A DNA stretch of 64,000 nucleotides from Candidatus Hydrogenedentota bacterium (GTDB lineage: Bacteria > Hydrogenedentota > Hydrogenedentia > Hydrogenedentales > SLHB01). This document shows positions 60,412 to 64,000 of the stretch, piece by piece. The DNA is taken from assembly GCA_963674865.2 (NCBI GenBank), contig CAXXYE010000007.1:96001-160000 (forward strand), in the 5' to 3' direction. Numbering within the stretch: the first letter of the stretch is position 1; the number at the start of each line of letters is the position of its first letter. The notes below the pieces were generated by a model. The model ran no database searches. It saw only the letters and a program-made list of their open reading frames with translations, and was not told where the DNA came from. A program made the position numbers and the translations under genes.

Positions 60412-61641
60412 ATGTCGCCTCAACAAGCAAACAGGCCTGTACCCTTCATCCAACGACGCGCCTTCTACGCCGCGGCTACGATCGCCTTGTGTACACTTCC
60501 CATGTATGTCCAGGTGATTCCTGTCTTCGGCCGGACACTCCAGCAGTATCTTGGCGTCGGACTCGACAGGTTTGGCTTGCTCCTCGGCGTCGGTATGATC
60601 CCCGCCGCCGTCGCCTGCTTCATGGCGGGCGTTCTTGTCGAGCGCTGGGGGCCCCGGCGCGTGATGGCCGGCTCATTCCTCGGCGCGGCGCTGGGCCTTG
60701 CCCTGGCCGCCGCCGGGGCGCGATGGAGCGTGATGCTCGCCGCGGTCCTCACCATCACGACCTTCAACGGGCCAATCTACTTGTGCCTACAGTCCTTTCT
60801 TATCGAGCTTTTCCCCGGGAGCCGCCGGCGCATGATTTCCCTGGGCCTCGTGAGCGCCGCTGTCATCGGCATGTTCTACCCGCTTTGGGCCGAGCTCCTG
60901 ATGAAGCTGGCCCGCGATGTGCCGGCCATCTCCTTCGGCCAGGTGCTGCACATTCCCTTCGGGATCTTGGCGGCGGCCATGATGCTTGCGGGCCTTCGGT
61001 ATTGGCGAAGAGGCGGCGCGCAACACGTGGAAGCGCCCCAGCGGGACTCCGGCCACCTCACCGTACGCCTGCCCCGCGCCAGCGTGCTGTTGGCCCTGAT
61101 CTGCGCCCTGCACGGAACCTGCGACAACGCCCTCTTCTTGTGGATTCCCCGCGTGCTCGACAGCGCTTCGTATGAGCGGCTCACCTTCCGGCCGGGTGTC
61201 GTGATGGCCGGCTACGGCCTGGCCTACACCATCTCGCGCGGCCTATTGATCCTCTTGCCGGAGCGTCTCGGCAGACGCGCCCTCGTCGCGGCGCCGGGCG
61301 TGATCGGGGGGGCAATTGCCCTGTCCGCCGTCATGACGCGCAACCAGGCGCTGACGGCCTTGGGCATTCTGGCCGGCTCGTTCTTCTGGTCCCTCGAACT
61401 CCCGTCGGCCCTTTCGCTATTGGCCGAGCGCGACCACCGCAGCTTCGCCAAAGCCCAGGCCCTATTCATGTTGGCCAGCGGCGCGGGCGGCTTTCTCCTC
61501 ACCTACGTGATGGGCGTTGTCGGCTCCGCGCTGGAGACGAGCCAACTCTGGGCGCTCTTGCTCATCCCGCTGGCGGGATTCCCTGCCTTTGGACTCCTCT
61601 CCAGCGCATGGCTGGCGAAATACGCGTCAGCGCCGCGCTAG
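60412..61641 (+). CDS. MFS transporter
   Basis: About 12 TM; GVLVERWGPRR and ERLGRR motif A. Confidence 0.85.
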   Translation: MSPQQANRPVPFIQRRAFYAAATIALCTLPMYVQVIPVFGRTLQQYLGVGLDRFGLLLGVGMIPAAVACFMAGVLVERWGPRRVMAGSFLGAALGLALAAAGARWSVMLAAVLTITTFNGPIYLCLQSFLIELFPGSRRRMISLGLVSAAVIGMFYPLWAELLMKLARDVPAISFGQVLHIPFGILAAAMMLAGLRYWRRGGAQHVEAPQRDSGHLTVRLPRASVLLALICALHGTCDNALFLWIPRVLDSASYERLTFRPGVVMAGYGLAYTISRGLLILLPERLGRRALVAAPGVIGGAIALSAVMTRNQALTALGILAGSFFWSLELPSALSLLAERDHRSFAKAQALFMLASGAGGFLLTYVMGVVGSALETSQLWALLLIPLAGFPAFGLLSSAWLAKYASAPR

Positions 61642-61653
61642 GGCCTGTTCCAG

Positions 61654-62979
61654 CTAGTCCTTGGCCCACAGGGCGCGGTAGCCCAGGTGCATCATGTAGT
61701 GGTCGAGCAAGATGATGGCCGTAAACGCCTCGGCTACCGGCCAGACGCGCGCCACGATTGTCGGATCGCGCCGGGTGACCGCGCTCAACGTCGCGTTCTC
61801 CAGCGAGACTTTGTCGATGGTTTCCTGATCCTTGGCGATAGTCGGCGTGGGTTTTACGGCGAGCCGCGCCACGATGGGTTGCCCCGTCGTCATGCCGCCC
61901 GTCACTCCGCCCGCGTTGTTGGATTGGAACGTGACGTTTCCGTCCTTGGCGCGCATGGCGTCATTGCACTCCGAGCCCGTCATATCCTTCACAGCCATGC
62001 CCGCGCCGACCTCGACGGCTTTGATCGTGCCGATGCTCATCATGCGGCCCAACTCGCCGTCGAGCTTCCGGAACACCGGTTCTCCCATGCCCGCCGGTAC
62101 GCCCGTTGCCACGACCTCGACCAGCCCGCCGCTCGAATCGCCCGCGTCGCGGATCTCGAGAATACGCCGCTCCATGGCATCAGCCGCCTCGAGATCCGGG
62201 CAATTCAGCGTAGGGTGAACGCCGTATTCCTCGCGTAGCGCCTTCGGATCCTCCGCCGGCCCGCGCTCACGGATCGCGATCAAATCGCGCTCCAGTTCTG
62301 CCAGAACGGCCATTTTCTGGAGGAAACGCATGTCCGAGTTAAAACGACCTTCCTCGAAGACCCAGCGGTAGATCGGATCGACCTTTCGCCGCATCTCTCG
62401 GTAGGCGTCCACTTTAGCTCTTATTGAGTCGATAGGCATCTCGCCGGCGCGGATGCCCGCGGCCTCCTTCACATAGGAGAATACTTCGATGCCATGTTCT
62501 TTCAAGACACGGCGCGCCACCGCGCCCGCCGCCACAATTGTCGACGTGTACCGCCCGCTGAAGAACCCGGCGCCGATCGCATCATCCCATTGCCCGTATT
62601 TTTGATATGAGGCGTACGAAGCGTGTCCGGGACGCGGTGTGCGGTTGGTGACTTGGTACTGCTCGATGTGCTCGAAGTGCCGATCGCAGTTAGGAATAAG
62701 GATGACGAACGGCGTGCCGTTGGTGTAGCCCTTATTGGAGAAACCCGGCATCGTGTCCGCGGCGTTCACGCCGCTGTAGATGACGGGCACATCCGGCTCC
62801 CGGCGCGGCGAGGCCAATTCGCTCTGGCCCGGTTTGCGCATGAGCAGCGCCGCGTAGATCTCCGCCTCTGTGATCAGTAGGCCGGGCGGGACTCCCTGAA
62901 GGTGAACCGTCAACCCGTCTTGGTACGACCCGCCCGCCACTGTGGTCTGAAACATCGTGCCATAGCTGCAACCCAGCAT
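61654..62979 (-). CDS. Divergent chorismate synthase-like protein
   Basis: RPGHA, GDSSGGLVEV, GEPVF.KLD, SNNAGG..GG, KPTPT, R.DP; altered GESHG and RSSARET motifs; large insertion. Confidence 0.85.
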   Translation of the reverse strand: MLGCSYGTMFQTTVAGGSYQDGLTVHLQGVPPGLLITEAEIYAALLMRKPGQSELASPRREPDVPVIYSGVNAADTMPGFSNKGYTNGTPFVILIPNCDRHFEHIEQYQVTNRTPRPGHASYASYQKYGQWDDAIGAGFFSGRYTSTIVAAGAVARRVLKEHGIEVFSYVKEAAGIRAGEMPIDSIRAKVDAYREMRRKVDPIYRWVFEEGRFNSDMRFLQKMAVLAELERDLIAIRERGPAEDPKALREEYGVHPTLNCPDLEAADAMERRILEIRDAGDSSGGLVEVVATGVPAGMGEPVFRKLDGELGRMMSIGTIKAVEVGAGMAVKDMTGSECNDAMRAKDGNVTFQSNNAGGVTGGMTTGQPIVARLAVKPTPTIAKDQETIDKVSLENATLSAVTRRDPTIVARVWPVAEAFTAIILLDHYMMHLGYRALWAKD

Positions 62980-63009
62980 GCCGAAATTCTCCTTCGTCTC
63001 AACGGTTAG

Positions 63010-63999
63010 TTACGCACTACCTGCCTCTGGCCAATCCGGACGTAGCCGCCGCTGGACCTCCCATGCGTCCAGAAGAACCAGCGCAGCCATATTTTCAATC
63101 ACCGGGATCACGCGCGGCACGATACACGGATCATGTCTACCGTGCACCTCGATCTCCCGGTCTTGGAGACTGGTATCCATCGTTTGCTGCGGTTGGGCAA
63201 TGGACGAAGTGGGTTTGACCGCGATGCGAAGCACAATCGGCTGCCCTGTCGAAATTCCGCCGGTTATGCCGCCCGCGTTATTGCTCAAGAAGCCGCGGCT
63301 GCCCATCCCGTCATTTGATTCGCTGCCCCGCATCCGGCTCAACTCAAATCCTTGCCCCACCTCGATGCCCTTCGTCGCCCCGATAGTCATGAGTGCTGAC
63401 GTAAGGCGCGCGTCCAATTTGCCAAAGACCGGATCCCCGAGGCCCGTGGGCGTCCCGGTGATTTCCAACTGAACGATGCCGCCCACGGAATCGTTATCGG
63501 ATTTCGCGGCCAGAATTGCCGCTTCCATTCGCTTGGCGGCCTCTATGTCCGCGCACCGCACCGGATTACGCTCAATCACGTCGTAGTCGCACGTCTCGGC
63601 CTTGACGCCGGCGATCTCGACGGCGTAGGCCACGATGCGCACGCCGCGCCCGGCGAGGATCTTCTGCGCCACGGCCCCGCACATGACGCGGCCCGCCGTT
63701 TCCCTTCCGGAAGAGCGTCCGCCGCCGCGGTGATCGCGGATGCCGTATTTCTTGTAGTATGTGAAGTCCGCATGACCCGGGCGGAAAAGGTCCTTGATAC
63801 CTTCGTATTTTGACGAATCCTGATCGCGGTTGAACACGACCATGGCAATGGGCGCGCCCGTCGTGTTGCCGTCGAAGACGCCCGACAGAATCTGCACCTG
63901 ATCCTTCTCATCGCGCGGCGTGGTTACCGCGCTCTGCCCCGGACGCCTGCGATTAAGCTCCGCCTGGATATCGGCCGGGGAAATCTCGATGCCCGGCTG
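63010..63999 (-). CDS. aroC: Chorismate synthase (5' end lies outside the window)
   Basis: RRRPGQS, RPGHADFTY, GGGRSSGRET, SNNAGGITGGIS, KPTSSI, GRHDPCI. Confidence 0.96.
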   Translation of the reverse strand, partial: QPGIEISPADIQAELNRRRPGQSAVTTPRDEKDQVQILSGVFDGNTTGAPIAMVVFNRDQDSSKYEGIKDLFRPGHADFTYYKKYGIRDHRGGGRSSGRETAGRVMCGAVAQKILAGRGVRIVAYAVEIAGVKAETCDYDVIERNPVRCADIEAAKRMEAAILAAKSDNDSVGGIVQLEITGTPTGLGDPVFGKLDARLTSALMTIGATKGIEVGQGFELSRMRGSESNDGMGSRGFLSNNAGGITGGISTGQPIVLRIAVKPTSSIAQPQQTMDTSLQDREIEVHGRHDPCIVPRVIPVIENMAALVLLDAWEVQRRLRPDWPEAGSA

Positions 64000-64000
64000 C

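Overview
GC-rich bacterial chromosomal window. The gene content (Tat/lipoprotein CAZyme-like proteins, sulfatases, cohesin, DUF4838, FGE-sialidase fusion) suggests a Candidatus Hydrogenedentes/PVC-like lineage; this is inference only. Housekeeping genes: partial gyrA, ftsK-rodZ-pgsA-alr-YacP, rluA-ygiQ, tRNA-Asp, a pabB-pabC fusion and partial aroC. They are interleaved with many secreted glycan/sulfate-processing enzymes. The most notable items are: (1) an expanded phage-shock (Psp) locus, pspF <- -> PilZ, pspA, 2TM, three tandem PspB-like paralogs, pspC, a small TM protein, an ankyrin protein and a hydrolase. The PilZ gene and pspA each have their own sigma-54 promoter and a matching pair of PspF-type UAS boxes. 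(2) A strongly divergent second chorismate-synthase paralog directly behind canonical aroC. (3) Tandem GH29 fucosidases that differ mainly in active-site loops. (4) A tRNA-Asp-adjacent low-GC DUF4268/nuclease islet, REP-like clusters around an orphan gene, and a cohesin with a GlyGly-CTERM-like anchor. No CRISPR array, rRNA, intact transposase or integrase was seen. All product calls come from motif recognition by eye, not database searches.
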